Below are positions 19,076 to 28,677 of a stretch of 64,000 nt of DNA, one piece after another (the stretch's first letter is position 1; each line of letters opens with the position of its first letter). Under the pieces are notes generated by a model. That model was given only the letters and a program-made list of their open reading frames with translations. It made no database searches and was not told the DNA's origin. The position numbers and the translations under genes were made by a program. The DNA comes from Bacillota bacterium (lineage in GTDB: Bacteria > Bacillota > Sulfobacillia > JACIYH01), in the NCBI GenBank assembly GCA_040757085.1, contig JBFLXJ010000011.1, positions 36,086-100,085 of the forward strand. Reading direction: 5' to 3'.

Positions 19076-20227
19076 ATGAGAAAAATAATGGTGTGTGTGG
19101 TTGTCCTGGGTCTATTGCTCTCCGTATCCGCTGCCTGCGCCCAGCAACCCAAGGCCAAGCCTACGATCAAAATCGGTTACTTGGCGCCTCTAACGGGTGA
19201 TTGGGCGTTCGAAGGCCAGGAGGGCATAAAGAAGCCACTCGAAATGCTGGTCGAGCAGGTGAACAAGCAAGGCGGGTTGTTGGGAGGCAGGCAGATCGAG
19301 CTTATCTCCGCCGACGATCAGAGTGATGCCAAGCAGGCTGCTCTAGCTGCCCAAAAGCTCATAACAGCCGGTGCGAAAATCGTTATCGGGTCTTACGCTT
19401 CCACGTGTACCGAACCGGCTTCGCAGCTGTTCAACGACGCAGGGATCCTGCACATCACGCCGATATCCACGGCTACACGGCTAACGGAAAAAGGCTACAA
19501 ACGATTCTTCCGTACCTGCGTTACGGACGACAAGCAGGGGCTGTTTGCTGCTGAGTTCATTTCCAAGACGCTGGGCAAGAAGCGGGTAGCCATCATACAC
19601 GACAACACCACGTACGCCAAAGGCCTTGCTGATTGGAGCAAGAAGTACATGGAAGACGCCGGGCTGGAAGTGGTGTTCTTCGATGCAATTACTCCCAAAG
19701 AAAAGGACTACACGGCTGTTCTTACGAGGCTCAAGGCCGCTAAGCCCGAGGTCTGGTACTTTACCGGCTATTACCCAGAAGCTGCTCTACTGGTCAGACA
19801 GGCCGCAGACGTGGGTTTGGATGCGCAGATGATGGTGGGCAATGCAGTTAACAACCCCGAGTTCGTGAAGATGGCGGGAATTGAGTTTGCCAAGCGTGTG
19901 ATCATCACTACCGAGCCGATGCCGAAGGACCTCCCATGGCCGGAGGCCAGGAAGTTCCTGGAAGATTACAAGGCTCGGTATGGCGAATATCCGCGCAGCG
20001 TCTGGGCGCCTTTCACCGCAGATGCTTTCCGCGTAATCGTGGAGGCGATCAACCGCACGAACTCGGACGACCCAGCCAAACTTGCTGAGTACCTGCATAA
20101 TGAGCTTAAGGATTTCCCTGGCATCAGCGGACTGATACCAGGCTTCGATGAAAAGGGCGACCGTAAGGGCACCATCCACATGGCGTATACCGTTAATGAC
20201 CAGGGCGAGTTCGTGCTGTGGAAGTAG
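19076..20227 (+). CDS. ABC transporter substrate-binding protein, branched-chain/hydrophobic amino-acid (LivJ/K) family
   Basis: signal peptide; type-I periplasmic binding fold motifs; AGGAGG RBS. Confidence 0.85.
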   Translation: MRKIMVCVVVLGLLLSVSAACAQQPKAKPTIKIGYLAPLTGDWAFEGQEGIKKPLEMLVEQVNKQGGLLGGRQIELISADDQSDAKQAALAAQKLITAGAKIVIGSYASTCTEPASQLFNDAGILHITPISTATRLTEKGYKRFFRTCVTDDKQGLFAAEFISKTLGKKRVAIIHDNTTYAKGLADWSKKYMEDAGLEVVFFDAITPKEKDYTAVLTRLKAAKPEVWYFTGYYPEAALLVRQAADVGLDAQMMVGNAVNNPEFVKMAGIEFAKRVIITTEPMPKDLPWPEARKFLEDYKARYGEYPRSVWAPFTADAFRVIVEAINRTNSDDPAKLAEYLHNELKDFPGISGLIPGFDEKGDRKGTIHMAYTVNDQGEFVLWK

Positions 20228-20233
20228 CCGTGG

Positions 20234-20266
20234 GGGGGAGGGGCGGTCGAGTACCGCCCTTTCCCC
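20234..20266 (+). promoter_or_regulatory. strong GC stem-loop immediately after the SBP gene stop (possible intra-operon attenuator/partial terminator)
   Basis: GGGGGAGGGGCGGT-CGAGT-ACCGCCCTTTCCCC, ~13 bp stem; no U-tract. Confidence 0.3.
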
Positions 20267-20299
20267 TGTCGATCCTGAAGGGGTAGGGTGGTTCGAGCC

Positions 20300-21301
20300 A
20301 TGGCGTGCTGCTTCGAGGTGGTTGACACCCACACGCAGGGGGAACCCACGCGGGTTGTGGTGAGAGGTGTCGAAGATGTGCCCGGCTCCACCATGCGAGA
20401 GAAGAAACAGTATCTGGCTGAACACCTGGACCACATCAGGCAGTTGCTGATGTTTGAGCCACGAGGGCACATCGATATGTTCGGAGCGATCATTCTCCCG
20501 CCGACCTCCCCGAAAGCCCACCTGGGCGTGATCTTCGCGGAGGGTGCAGGGTACCTGGACATGTGCGGACACGGTACCATGGGAGTCGTCCGGGTTGCCA
20601 TTGAGTTAAAGCTTGTTCCTGTCCAAGAACCACACACGACGATTGTTCTTGATACCCCTGCGGGGCTCGTTACGACCCATGCACAGGTGAAGGATGGTAA
20701 GGTCTCCGCGATCACCGTCGCAAATGTTCCCTCCTTTGTACGGTACCCCAACGTTCGTGTTCGGCTCCCCGATGGGCGCACTGTAGACGCAGCCGTGGCT
20801 TACGGTGGAAACTTCTTCGTCCTTGTGCGGGCCAGGGACGTTGGGCTGAACATCGAACGGGGCAACGTGCAGCAATTCAGGCAGATGGGGGAACTGATCA
20901 GGCGAGCGGTGTCAGATGCGGTTGATATAACTCACCCGGATGCGCCGTCGGTTAGGCACACGCCCTTGGTTGAGTTTTACGAAGAAGCCGATTCCGTGAC
21001 CGGTCGACCTGCGCGGAACGTGGTGTTCTTCGGGGCTGGCCAGATCGACAGGTCGCCGTGCGGAACAGGCACCTGTGCTAAGATGGCGTGGATGTACGCC
21101 CGGGGGGAGTTACGGCTGAATGAGGACTTTGTGCATGAGTCTATCCTGGGAACTAGATTCGTCGGGCGTGTCATAGGCGAAACGACCGTGGGGTCCTATC
21201 GTGCGGTGATCCCGCAGGTAAGTGGCAACGCCTTTATAACCGGCTACAATCGGCTGGTCTTGGAGGAGGACGATCCGTTTCCCCACGGGTTCCTGCTTTG
21301 A
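20300..21301 (+). CDS. proline racemase family enzyme (proline racemase / 4-hydroxyproline 2-epimerase)
   Basis: both catalytic Cys contexts present (DMCGHGTMG and DRSPCGTGTCA); N-terminal VDTHTQGEPTRVV; start ATG 20300 or GTG 20288. Confidence 0.8.
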   Translation: MACCFEVVDTHTQGEPTRVVVRGVEDVPGSTMREKKQYLAEHLDHIRQLLMFEPRGHIDMFGAIILPPTSPKAHLGVIFAEGAGYLDMCGHGTMGVVRVAIELKLVPVQEPHTTIVLDTPAGLVTTHAQVKDGKVSAITVANVPSFVRYPNVRVRLPDGRTVDAAVAYGGNFFVLVRARDVGLNIERGNVQQFRQMGELIRRAVSDAVDITHPDAPSVRHTPLVEFYEEADSVTGRPARNVVFFGAGQIDRSPCGTGTCAKMAWMYARGELRLNEDFVHESILGTRFVGRVIGETTVGSYRAVIPQVSGNAFITGYNRLVLEEDDPFPHGFLL

Positions 21302-21373
21302 AGCTCCCAGGTGTTGCTGGCTGGGACGCCAGGGGGCTCACTGGGCCTTGTTAGGTGGAGGTAGGCGAGGCGC

Positions 21374-22279
21374 ATGGAGCAAATCGTTCAGCAGGTGTTA
21401 AATGGGCTCACGGTGGGGTCGGGTTACGCCCTGGTTGCCCTGGGCTACACGATGGTATACGGGGTCCTGAAGTTCATCAACTTTGCTCACGGAGACCTGT
21501 TCATGTTGGGCACGTACGTCGGCCTCAGCGTGGCCCTTGTTTGTCTGGGCGGCGGCTTGTCGAATCAATGGCTCGTTCTCTTACTGGTATTCGTCGCAGC
21601 CATGAGTCTGGTCGGCCTCGTCGGGGTATCCATAGAGCGCGTTGCGTACCGTCCTCTCCGCAGGTCGGGCAGGCTGGCCCCGGTCGTGTCTGCCCTAGGA
21701 TGCGCGGTTGTATTGCAGAACGCGGTTATGCTGGCTTCCGGTGCTCGCTACCAGGTGTTCCCGGAAGGGCTGGTGCCAAGCGCGGCATGGAGGGTGGCAG
21801 GCATGACCGTCCCCTTGCTGAGAGTAAGTGTGCTGATCCTCTCTTTGATCTTCATGGGACTCTTGTACCTGTTCATCCATCGCACTACTGTGGGGGCGGC
21901 CATCCGCGCCACTGCGCTGGATCACGATACTGCCCGGCTCATGGGCATCAATGTGGACCGCATCATAATGCTGGTGTTCCTGATCGGCCCTGCCTTGGGC
22001 GCGGCAGCAGGCATTATGATCGGGCTCTACTACCGGCAAGTATACTTTACCATGGGCTGGAGCTATGGTCTGAAGGCTTTCACCGCGGCCGTCTTGGGAG
22101 GGATTGGCAACATCCCCGGGGCTATGGTAGGTGGCATAATCCTCGGCTTGTTGGAGACCCTTGGTGCAGCATACATCTCGGCGGCTTGGAAGGATGCCTT
22201 CGCCTTTCTCCTGCTCATCAGTATCTTGATCTTGCGCCCCACCGGCCTCTTGGGCGAGCGGGTAGCGGAAAAGCTTTAG
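21374..22279 (+). CDS. livH: branched-chain amino acid ABC transporter permease (LivH-type)
   Basis: typical LivH N-terminus MEQIVQQVLNGLTVGSGYALVALGYTMVYG, 8 TM. Confidence 0.8.
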   Translation: MEQIVQQVLNGLTVGSGYALVALGYTMVYGVLKFINFAHGDLFMLGTYVGLSVALVCLGGGLSNQWLVLLLVFVAAMSLVGLVGVSIERVAYRPLRRSGRLAPVVSALGCAVVLQNAVMLASGARYQVFPEGLVPSAAWRVAGMTVPLLRVSVLILSLIFMGLLYLFIHRTTVGAAIRATALDHDTARLMGINVDRIIMLVFLIGPALGAAAGIMIGLYYRQVYFTMGWSYGLKAFTAAVLGGIGNIPGAMVGGIILGLLETLGAAYISAAWKDAFAFLLLISILILRPTGLLGERVAEKL

Positions 22280-22291
22280 GGGGCGGCAGAG

Positions 22292-23278
22292 ATGGTGAGC
22301 AAGATACCCCGCAGAGCTTGGGTCAGTGTTCTGGTAGCAGGTCTCGTTGCTTGCCCATGGCTGGTAAGTGACTATTGGGTAGATGTAATGAACTTCTGCG
22401 GCATCTACATCTTGCTGGGCCTGAGTTTGAACGTCATCGTCGGGTACGCGGGACTGTTCAATCTGGGGCATGCGGCATTCTATGCGGTAGGTGCGTACAC
22501 CACAGCTATTCTTTCTACCCGCCTGGGCATACCATCGCTGCTACTCCTGCCTGTGTCCGCGCTGGCAGCTGCCGCCTTCGCGTATATCATCTCCCGTCCC
22601 ATTATCCACCTCCGGGGCGACTACCTGTGCGTAGTGACCATCGGGTTCGGCGAGATCGTGCGCATTGCCCTGCTCAACAATCCATGGGGCCTCACGGGCG
22701 GAGTCAACGGCGTGTTTGGTATCCCGCGACCCAGCCTGGGATTCTTCACCATACGGACGGTGGACCAGTACTACTACTTCATCCTGCTGTTCATCGTGCT
22801 GTTCGTGTGGGCCATGAGGCGCTTGGAGAGGTCCCGCGTGGGCAGAGCATGGACGTGCATAAGGGAGGACGAAACGGCAGCCGAGGCCATGGGGATGGAT
22901 ACCGCATCGCTGAAGCTGCTTGCGTTCGTGCTGGGGGCGGCGGGGGCGGGAATCGCCGGCAACATCTATGCATCCAAGATGACCCTGATTGCCCCCGAGA
23001 GCTTTAACTTCTGGGAGTCGTGCGTCATGTTTTGCATCGTGGTACTGGGCGGAACTGGTTCCATCCCAGGGGTAATTGTAGCCTCCTTGGGCATGACCGC
23101 CCTGCCCGAACTGTTCCGGGAATTTGCCCGGGCGCGCATGCTCGTCTTCGGCCTGGCCATGGTGCTCATGATGATCTTCCGCCCCCAGGGGTTGTGGCCC
23201 AGCGCCCACTGGCGCCGGCAGGTCCAGCGAGAGGGGGACCTGGCCGGGACTCCAACGGCGGCTACAGGTCCCGGCTAG
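22292..23278 (+). CDS. livM: branched-chain amino acid ABC transporter permease (LivM-type)
   Basis: hydrophobic LivM-like permease, follows livH. Confidence 0.8.
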   Translation: MVSKIPRRAWVSVLVAGLVACPWLVSDYWVDVMNFCGIYILLGLSLNVIVGYAGLFNLGHAAFYAVGAYTTAILSTRLGIPSLLLLPVSALAAAAFAYIISRPIIHLRGDYLCVVTIGFGEIVRIALLNNPWGLTGGVNGVFGIPRPSLGFFTIRTVDQYYYFILLFIVLFVWAMRRLERSRVGRAWTCIREDETAAEAMGMDTASLKLLAFVLGAAGAGIAGNIYASKMTLIAPESFNFWESCVMFCIVVLGGTGSIPGVIVASLGMTALPELFREFARARMLVFGLAMVLMMIFRPQGLWPSAHWRRQVQREGDLAGTPTAATGPG

Positions 23279-23372
23279 CGGGCTTTCGCCCGATGCTTGC
23301 TGGTGAGTGCTCTGGCGGTGGGGGCTGGGTGCCGCATCCTGGGCCAGTTTCGCAAGGAGCAGGTGGTGACCC

Positions 23373-24143
23373 TTGCTGGAAGTGAAGTCCCTGACAAAGC
23401 GGTTCGGTGGACTGGTGGCGGTCAACCGGGTGGAGTTCGAGTTACGTCCGGGCGAGATCCTGGGCATGATAGGGCCCAACGGGGCCGGCAAGACCACGGT
23501 TTTCAACATGATCACGGGGATTTACCGGCCTGACGAAGGGAGCATCCGCCTTGAGGGCCGGGAACTGGTGGGGCTGCGCCCCCACGACATCACCGCCCTG
23601 GGGATCGCGCGGACCTTCCAGACCATCAGGCTTTTTCCTAACCTGACTGTCATGGAAAACGTGATGGCGGGCCAGTACTGTCGCACGCGGGCGGGGATAT
23701 GGGACGCCCTGGTGCTCAGCCGGCGCCACCGTCAGGAAGAAGCGGCTATCCTGGAGGAAGCGGAGAGGCGACTGGCCTTCATGGGCCTTTCCCACCTGGC
23801 GGAGGAACTCGCCCGCAACCTCCCCTATGGTTTGCAGCGCCGGCTGGAGATCGCCCGTGCCCTGGCCACGCGGCCCAAGCTCCTGGTCCTGGACGAACCC
23901 GCGGGGGGATTAAACGACCAGGAGACTAGAGAGTTGATGGACTGGGTGGTCCAGATCCGGGACAGTGGGATCACCGTTTTCCTGATCGAGCACGACATGA
24001 CGGTGGTAATGGGGATCTGCGACCGCATCATCGTGCTGGATAACGGCGAAAAGATCGCCGAAGGCACACCCGCAGAGGTACAGTCCAACCCGCGGGTGAT
24101 CGAAGCATATCTGGGGAAGGAAGAAGAGGGGTTCCATGGTTGA
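23373..24143 (+). CDS. livG: ABC transporter ATP-binding protein (LivG-type)
   Basis: Walker A GPNGAGKTT, signature and Walker B LLVLDEPAGGLN, LivG C-terminal extension. Confidence 0.85.
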   Translation: MLEVKSLTKRFGGLVAVNRVEFELRPGEILGMIGPNGAGKTTVFNMITGIYRPDEGSIRLEGRELVGLRPHDITALGIARTFQTIRLFPNLTVMENVMAGQYCRTRAGIWDALVLSRRHRQEEAAILEEAERRLAFMGLSHLAEELARNLPYGLQRRLEIARALATRPKLLVLDEPAGGLNDQETRELMDWVVQIRDSGITVFLIEHDMTVVMGICDRIIVLDNGEKIAEGTPAEVQSNPRVIEAYLGKEEEGFHG

Positions 24144-24861
24144 CCAAGGCATCCTGGAAGTGCAAGACCTGCACGTCTATTACGGTCACGTCCATGCCCT
24201 CAAGGGCGTTACGTTTCAGGTCTACCCGGGAGAAATCGTGGCCCTGCTTGGAGCCAACGGGGCGGGCAAGTCCACCACCCTGCGGGCAATTTCCGGGTTG
24301 GTCCGTCCCCGCCAGGGGGATGTGCGGTGGCAGGGCCAGTCTCTGCGTAACGTCCCTGCTCATGCCATCGTGGCCAGAGGGGTTTCCCACGCCCCCGAGG
24401 GGCGCAGAGTGTTCAGTACCCTTACCGTGGAGGAGAACCTGAACCTGGGCGCGTACAGCAGGCGCGGGGATCGAGAGGGTGTAGCCCGCAGCAAGGAGCG
24501 TGTCTTTACCCTCTTCCCCCGGCTGGCCGAGCGCCGCCACCAGCTAGCCGGCACGCTCTCGGGAGGAGAACAGCAGATGCTGGCGATCGGCCGGGCCCTG
24601 ATGTCCTCGCCCCGTCTTCTCCTCCTGGACGAGCCCTCCCTGGGACTGGCCCCTCTGCTGGTGCGTGCCATCTTTCAGACCATCCGGGAGATAAACGAGC
24701 AGGGGGTCACCATCCTGCTGGTGGAACAGAACGTGCGGGCGGCCTTGCGTCTGGCTCACCGCGCCTACGTTCTGGAAACGGGTAGGCTGGCCCTGGCGGG
24801 TACGGCGGAGGAATTGCGCCAGGATCCCCGCGTGCGCAAGGCCTACCTGGGCGAGAAATAG
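24136..24861 (+). CDS. livF: ABC transporter ATP-binding protein (LivF-type)
   Basis: Walker A GANGAGKSTT, LSGGEQQMLAIGRAL signature, 8-nt overlap with livG. Confidence 0.85.
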   Translation: MVDQGILEVQDLHVYYGHVHALKGVTFQVYPGEIVALLGANGAGKSTTLRAISGLVRPRQGDVRWQGQSLRNVPAHAIVARGVSHAPEGRRVFSTLTVEENLNLGAYSRRGDREGVARSKERVFTLFPRLAERRHQLAGTLSGGEQQMLAIGRALMSSPRLLLLDEPSLGLAPLLVRAIFQTIREINEQGVTILLVEQNVRAALRLAHRAYVLETGRLALAGTAEELRQDPRVRKAYLGEK

Positions 24862-24939
24862 CTGGCCCGAGACCTGCCCGGGGTGGGAACGCGGTCTCGG
24901 GGAAAACGCCCGGTCCCGCCGGGCAAGGAGGTGCTCGCT

Positions 24940-25938
24940 GTGCCCGGGGATTTGCTCATACTCACGGCGGACGACGTCAGGCGGGCTCTGCCCATGGAGC
25001 GGGCCATTTCGGCGTGTGAGGAAGCCTATGGAGCCTACTCCTCAGGCCAGGCCCTGGTTCCCCTGCGCACCCAGATTCCCGTGCCCGAATTCGAAGGGGT
25101 CAGCGTTTTCATGCCCGGTCACGTTTCCGGCGCGGGGGCGACCGGTCTCAAGGTGGTCTCCGTGTACCCGCGCAACCCGGAACACGGGCTGCCCACGATC
25201 ATGGGGATGGTGGTCCTGCTCGATGCTTCCACAGGTACCCCCCTGGCCCTGCTGGAAGGTGGGTACCTTACCGCCCTGCGCACGGGAGCGGCAGCGGGGG
25301 TGGCAGCCCGGTACCTTGCCCCCGCCGGTGCCCGGGTGGCAGCGCTGTTTGGGGCCGGGGTCCAGGGCCGCACCCAGGTGCTGGCGCTGGCGGCCGTGCG
25401 ACCCATCGAGGAGGTGCGGGTGTTCGATCCCGTGCCCGGACGCGCCCAGGCGCTGGCCCGCGACCTGGCCGGCGAGCTCCCCGCGGTAAGGTGGGTGTTT
25501 CCCTCCCACCCCCGGGAGGCAGTGGCGGGAGCGCAGGTGGTGCTCGCTGCTACCACTTCCTCGCGGCCGGTATTTCCCGGCGATGCTCTCGCCCCGGGTA
25601 CCCACGTCACTGCCATCGGGGCATTTACCCCCAGCATGCAGGAGATAGATGAAACTACTATCTTGCGCGCCAGCAAACTGGTGGTGGATTCCCGGGAGGC
25701 GGTGCTGGCCGAGGCCGGGGACATCATCATTCCCCTCCGGGAGGGGAAGATCACCCGTGATCACATCTTCGCAGAAATAGGCGAGATAGTGCTCGGCCGT
25801 AAACCCGGCCGCCAGGCCGCCGACGAGACCACCGTGTACAAGGCGGTGGGTCTGGCGGTGCTCGATGTGGCGGCCGCGGCCGCCGCCTACCGGGGCGCCC
25901 GGGAACTGGGCCTGGGCACCAGAGTGCGGCTGCTCTGA
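24940..25938 (+). CDS. ornithine cyclodeaminase / mu-crystallin family enzyme
   Basis: OCD-family Rossmann segment ALFGAGVQGRTQVLALAAVRP; GTG start 8 nt after AAGGAGG; six-frame ORF upstream extension rejected. Confidence 0.8.
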   Translation: MPGDLLILTADDVRRALPMERAISACEEAYGAYSSGQALVPLRTQIPVPEFEGVSVFMPGHVSGAGATGLKVVSVYPRNPEHGLPTIMGMVVLLDASTGTPLALLEGGYLTALRTGAAAGVAARYLAPAGARVAALFGAGVQGRTQVLALAAVRPIEEVRVFDPVPGRAQALARDLAGELPAVRWVFPSHPREAVAGAQVVLAATTSSRPVFPGDALAPGTHVTAIGAFTPSMQEIDETTILRASKLVVDSREAVLAEAGDIIIPLREGKITRDHIFAEIGEIVLGRKPGRQAADETTVYKAVGLAVLDVAAAAAAYRGARELGLGTRVRLL

Positions 25939-26063
25939 CCGCATCCCGGCGCTTCCCACGTCCACTCAATTGCAGGCTGTGCTTTGTAACTCAGGTCAGC
26001 CGCCCTCGTCCGCGGCGCGAAGACGCCCCCCTGGGGAAAAGTATGGGCGAGAGGTGATCGCCC

Positions 26064-27206
26064 GTGGGCGTGGGCAAAACGCGCCCAGTGTTCGCTGTGC
26101 TGGGGGGAGGCAACGGGGGGCTGGCCGCTGCCGCCGACCTCGCGCTGAAGGGGTTTGAGGTCAGGCTGTTTGAACTTCCCGAGTTCGCCCACACTGTAGC
26201 ACCGGTGTCGGAAGCGGGAGGAATCCAGTGCGAGGTGCTCCCCAGCACCGGGCTGAGGGAGGGATTTGCCCGCCTGGCTGCCGTCACCACGGACATCGGG
26301 GCGGCGGCCAGGGGGGCCGACGTGGTACTGGTCATCGTGCCCTCCTTTGCCCACCGCCGCTTTGCGGAAATGTGTGGTTCCGTGCTGGAACCCGGCCAGG
26401 TGGTGCTGGTCGCGCCCGGGAACTTCGGTGGGGCGCTGGAGTTTGCGCTCACCTGGAAGAGACAGGGGATGAACCCGGGCGGGGTGGTGCTGGCCGAGGC
26501 GGAGTCCCTCATTTACGCCTGCCGCAAGAAGGGACCCACCACCATCTGGATTCGGGGATACAAGCGGTCCTTGCGCGTAGCAGCCCTCCCCGCCACCCGC
26601 ACGGATCGAGTTCTGGCGACCCTCAAAGAAGCATATCCCACCCTGGAGGCAGCCCAGAATGTCTTGGAAACCAGCCTGAGTAATCCCAACGCCCCCACCC
26701 ACCTTCCCGTGATGATTCTCAACGCCGCGCGCATTGAACGGACGCAGGGCGATTTCCTCTTCTACAAAGAGGGGATGAGTCCGGCAGTGGGACGGGTAAT
26801 CGAGGCGATAGATGCCGAGCGCCTGGCGGTGGGCAGGGCCCTGGGCCTGCGAAGGATGCGCTCCCTGTACGAGCAGGACATGTCCTGGTATGCCCACCAG
26901 GGTACCTTTGGACAGAACATTTACGAGACCAACGTAAACAATCCCATATACAGTTGGAGCCGGGCGCCCGAGTCCTTCGAGCACCGCTACGTCACGGAAG
27001 ACGTCCCTTACGGTCTTGTGCCCCTCGAGGACCTGGGGGCAACGCTGGGGATCCCGACCGCCACCACCACGGCCGTCATCCACCTGGCGGGGGTGATTGC
27101 TGACCGGGACCTGCGCGAAGGTGCCCGCACCCTGCAGGCGCTGGGCCTCGGTGACGTTCCCCTCACACGCCTGATAGAGATGGTCGAGGAGACGGGCGTG
27201 GCATGA
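26064..27206 (+). CDS. opine dehydrogenase-family NAD(P)-dependent oxidoreductase, copy 2
   Basis: VFAVLGGGNGGLAAAADLALKGFEV; collinear with copy 1 (e.g. YELP/FELPEF, VVPAFGH/IVPSFAH, NPN..HPP/NPNAPTHLP, TEDVPQGLVP/TEDVPYGLVP). Confidence 0.7.
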   Translation: MGVGKTRPVFAVLGGGNGGLAAAADLALKGFEVRLFELPEFAHTVAPVSEAGGIQCEVLPSTGLREGFARLAAVTTDIGAAARGADVVLVIVPSFAHRRFAEMCGSVLEPGQVVLVAPGNFGGALEFALTWKRQGMNPGGVVLAEAESLIYACRKKGPTTIWIRGYKRSLRVAALPATRTDRVLATLKEAYPTLEAAQNVLETSLSNPNAPTHLPVMILNAARIERTQGDFLFYKEGMSPAVGRVIEAIDAERLAVGRALGLRRMRSLYEQDMSWYAHQGTFGQNIYETNVNNPIYSWSRAPESFEHRYVTEDVPYGLVPLEDLGATLGIPTATTTAVIHLAGVIADRDLREGARTLQALGLGDVPLTRLIEMVEETGVA

Positions 27207-28642
27207 GGTACTTCGTCACCGGTGGGACGGTGGTTACCGGGGACGGGCGTACTGTGCTGGAAGAAGCCGCCGTGGTGGTGGAGGGGACGCTCATCGCGGA
27301 TGTGCTCCCCGGTTCCCCTGCGGATAACCCCACAGCCCCCGATCCTTCGGGGGGTGCGACAGGTCCCTCCGGTTCGGCCTCCACTGCCTGCGCGGGAGAG
27401 GTCATCGATGCCCGCGGGTGTTACGTGGTCCCCGGTCTCATCAACCATCACGCCCACGGCTGCGCTCTGGGCCCCCTTTTTGCCAGCGGGGCCGAGCCCC
27501 TTTCCGGGGAGGAAGTACGACAGAACCTGCTCAGGCATCTGGAGGCCGGCACCACCACCATACTGAACGTGGACGGGTTCGCCCTGCCCGAGGAGGTGGA
27601 AGCCGCTCGTCGATACCATCCCCTGAACCTGAAGACGGCCAGTTCCCACACCCCGCTCAACCTCAAGGCGGCGGCGCTGGCGGATGGTAAGGGGCTTTCC
27701 CCGCGACACCGCAAGATGACGGCGGAGAAGATGGTGGAGGCCGGGGCCGTCTGCCTGGGAGAAATCGGAGGGGGTCATACCCTGGGTGGGGGTGGCCAGG
27801 AATACCTGTACATACCGCGGGCCATACGGGCACGGACGGGAAGGTACGTATCGCCGGCCGGGGCGCGAGCTCTTAAGACGGCCGTGCTGGGCCGGTACAT
27901 CGATCCCCGGGCTTACAGCGAGGAAGCCGTGCGGGCGGTGTTGGCCGAGCTGGGCCTCGCCGGCCTCCTTTCGCCCGAGGAGGCGAGACGACTGGTGGAA
28001 GACGCGGTGCTGCCTTCGTTCCGGGTGGCGCTGGACGGGATGCGGGAGGCCGCCGAAGTGGCGGCCCGGCTGGGAGTCCCCGTCATCCTCCACACCGCCG
28101 CCCCTTCCAAGGCCGTATTGCTGGAACTGAGCCGAAAGGCACCCCGGCTCACGGCGGGAGACCGGTCCGCGGGGGAATGCCGGTTCATCGCCGCCCACTG
28201 CAACCACGATTCCCTGCTGGTAGATGAAGCGGTCGACTTGGCCGTGCGGCTGCGGGCAGCCGGGATCCTGGTGGATGTGGCCACCTTCGATGCGTTGGGG
28301 GCCCGGTACACCACCCCGGGCCCGGAAGTCCTCCTGGAGCTGGTCGCACGGGGGGCTGCCGACCTGGTGTCCACGGACTACGCGGGAGGCCTGTTCGACC
28401 CCCAGGTGGTGGCTCTGGCGGAGGTGGTAAGGCGCGGATTGCGGCCCCTTCCCGAGGCAGTGGCCATGGTCACGGGAAGGGTGGCGGATGCCATCCCCTG
28501 CCTGGCTCCCGGTCGCGGTTACCTGGCGCGGGGCCGGGTGGCCGACCTGGTCCTTCTCCGCCAGGATGACCTGACCCAGGTGGAACTGGTGATGGTGGAG
28601 GGCCGAGTGGTGACCCATCGTGCCCCGGACGTCCGGGTATGA
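27203..28642 (+). CDS. amidohydrolase-family metal-dependent hydrolase
   Basis: GCYVVPGLINHHAHG HxH metal motif near N-terminus; 4-nt overlap with upstream gene. Confidence 0.6.
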   Translation: MRYFVTGGTVVTGDGRTVLEEAAVVVEGTLIADVLPGSPADNPTAPDPSGGATGPSGSASTACAGEVIDARGCYVVPGLINHHAHGCALGPLFASGAEPLSGEEVRQNLLRHLEAGTTTILNVDGFALPEEVEAARRYHPLNLKTASSHTPLNLKAAALADGKGLSPRHRKMTAEKMVEAGAVCLGEIGGGHTLGGGGQEYLYIPRAIRARTGRYVSPAGARALKTAVLGRYIDPRAYSEEAVRAVLAELGLAGLLSPEEARRLVEDAVLPSFRVALDGMREAAEVAARLGVPVILHTAAPSKAVLLELSRKAPRLTAGDRSAGECRFIAAHCNHDSLLVDEAVDLAVRLRAAGILVDVATFDALGARYTTPGPEVLLELVARGAADLVSTDYAGGLFDPQVVALAEVVRRGLRPLPEAVAMVTGRVADAIPCLAPGRGYLARGRVADLVLLRQDDLTQVELVMVEGRVVTHRAPDVRV

Positions 28643-28677
28643 CTCTCCGGCCCCGTCGGCGTTGTTTTTGATCGGTC

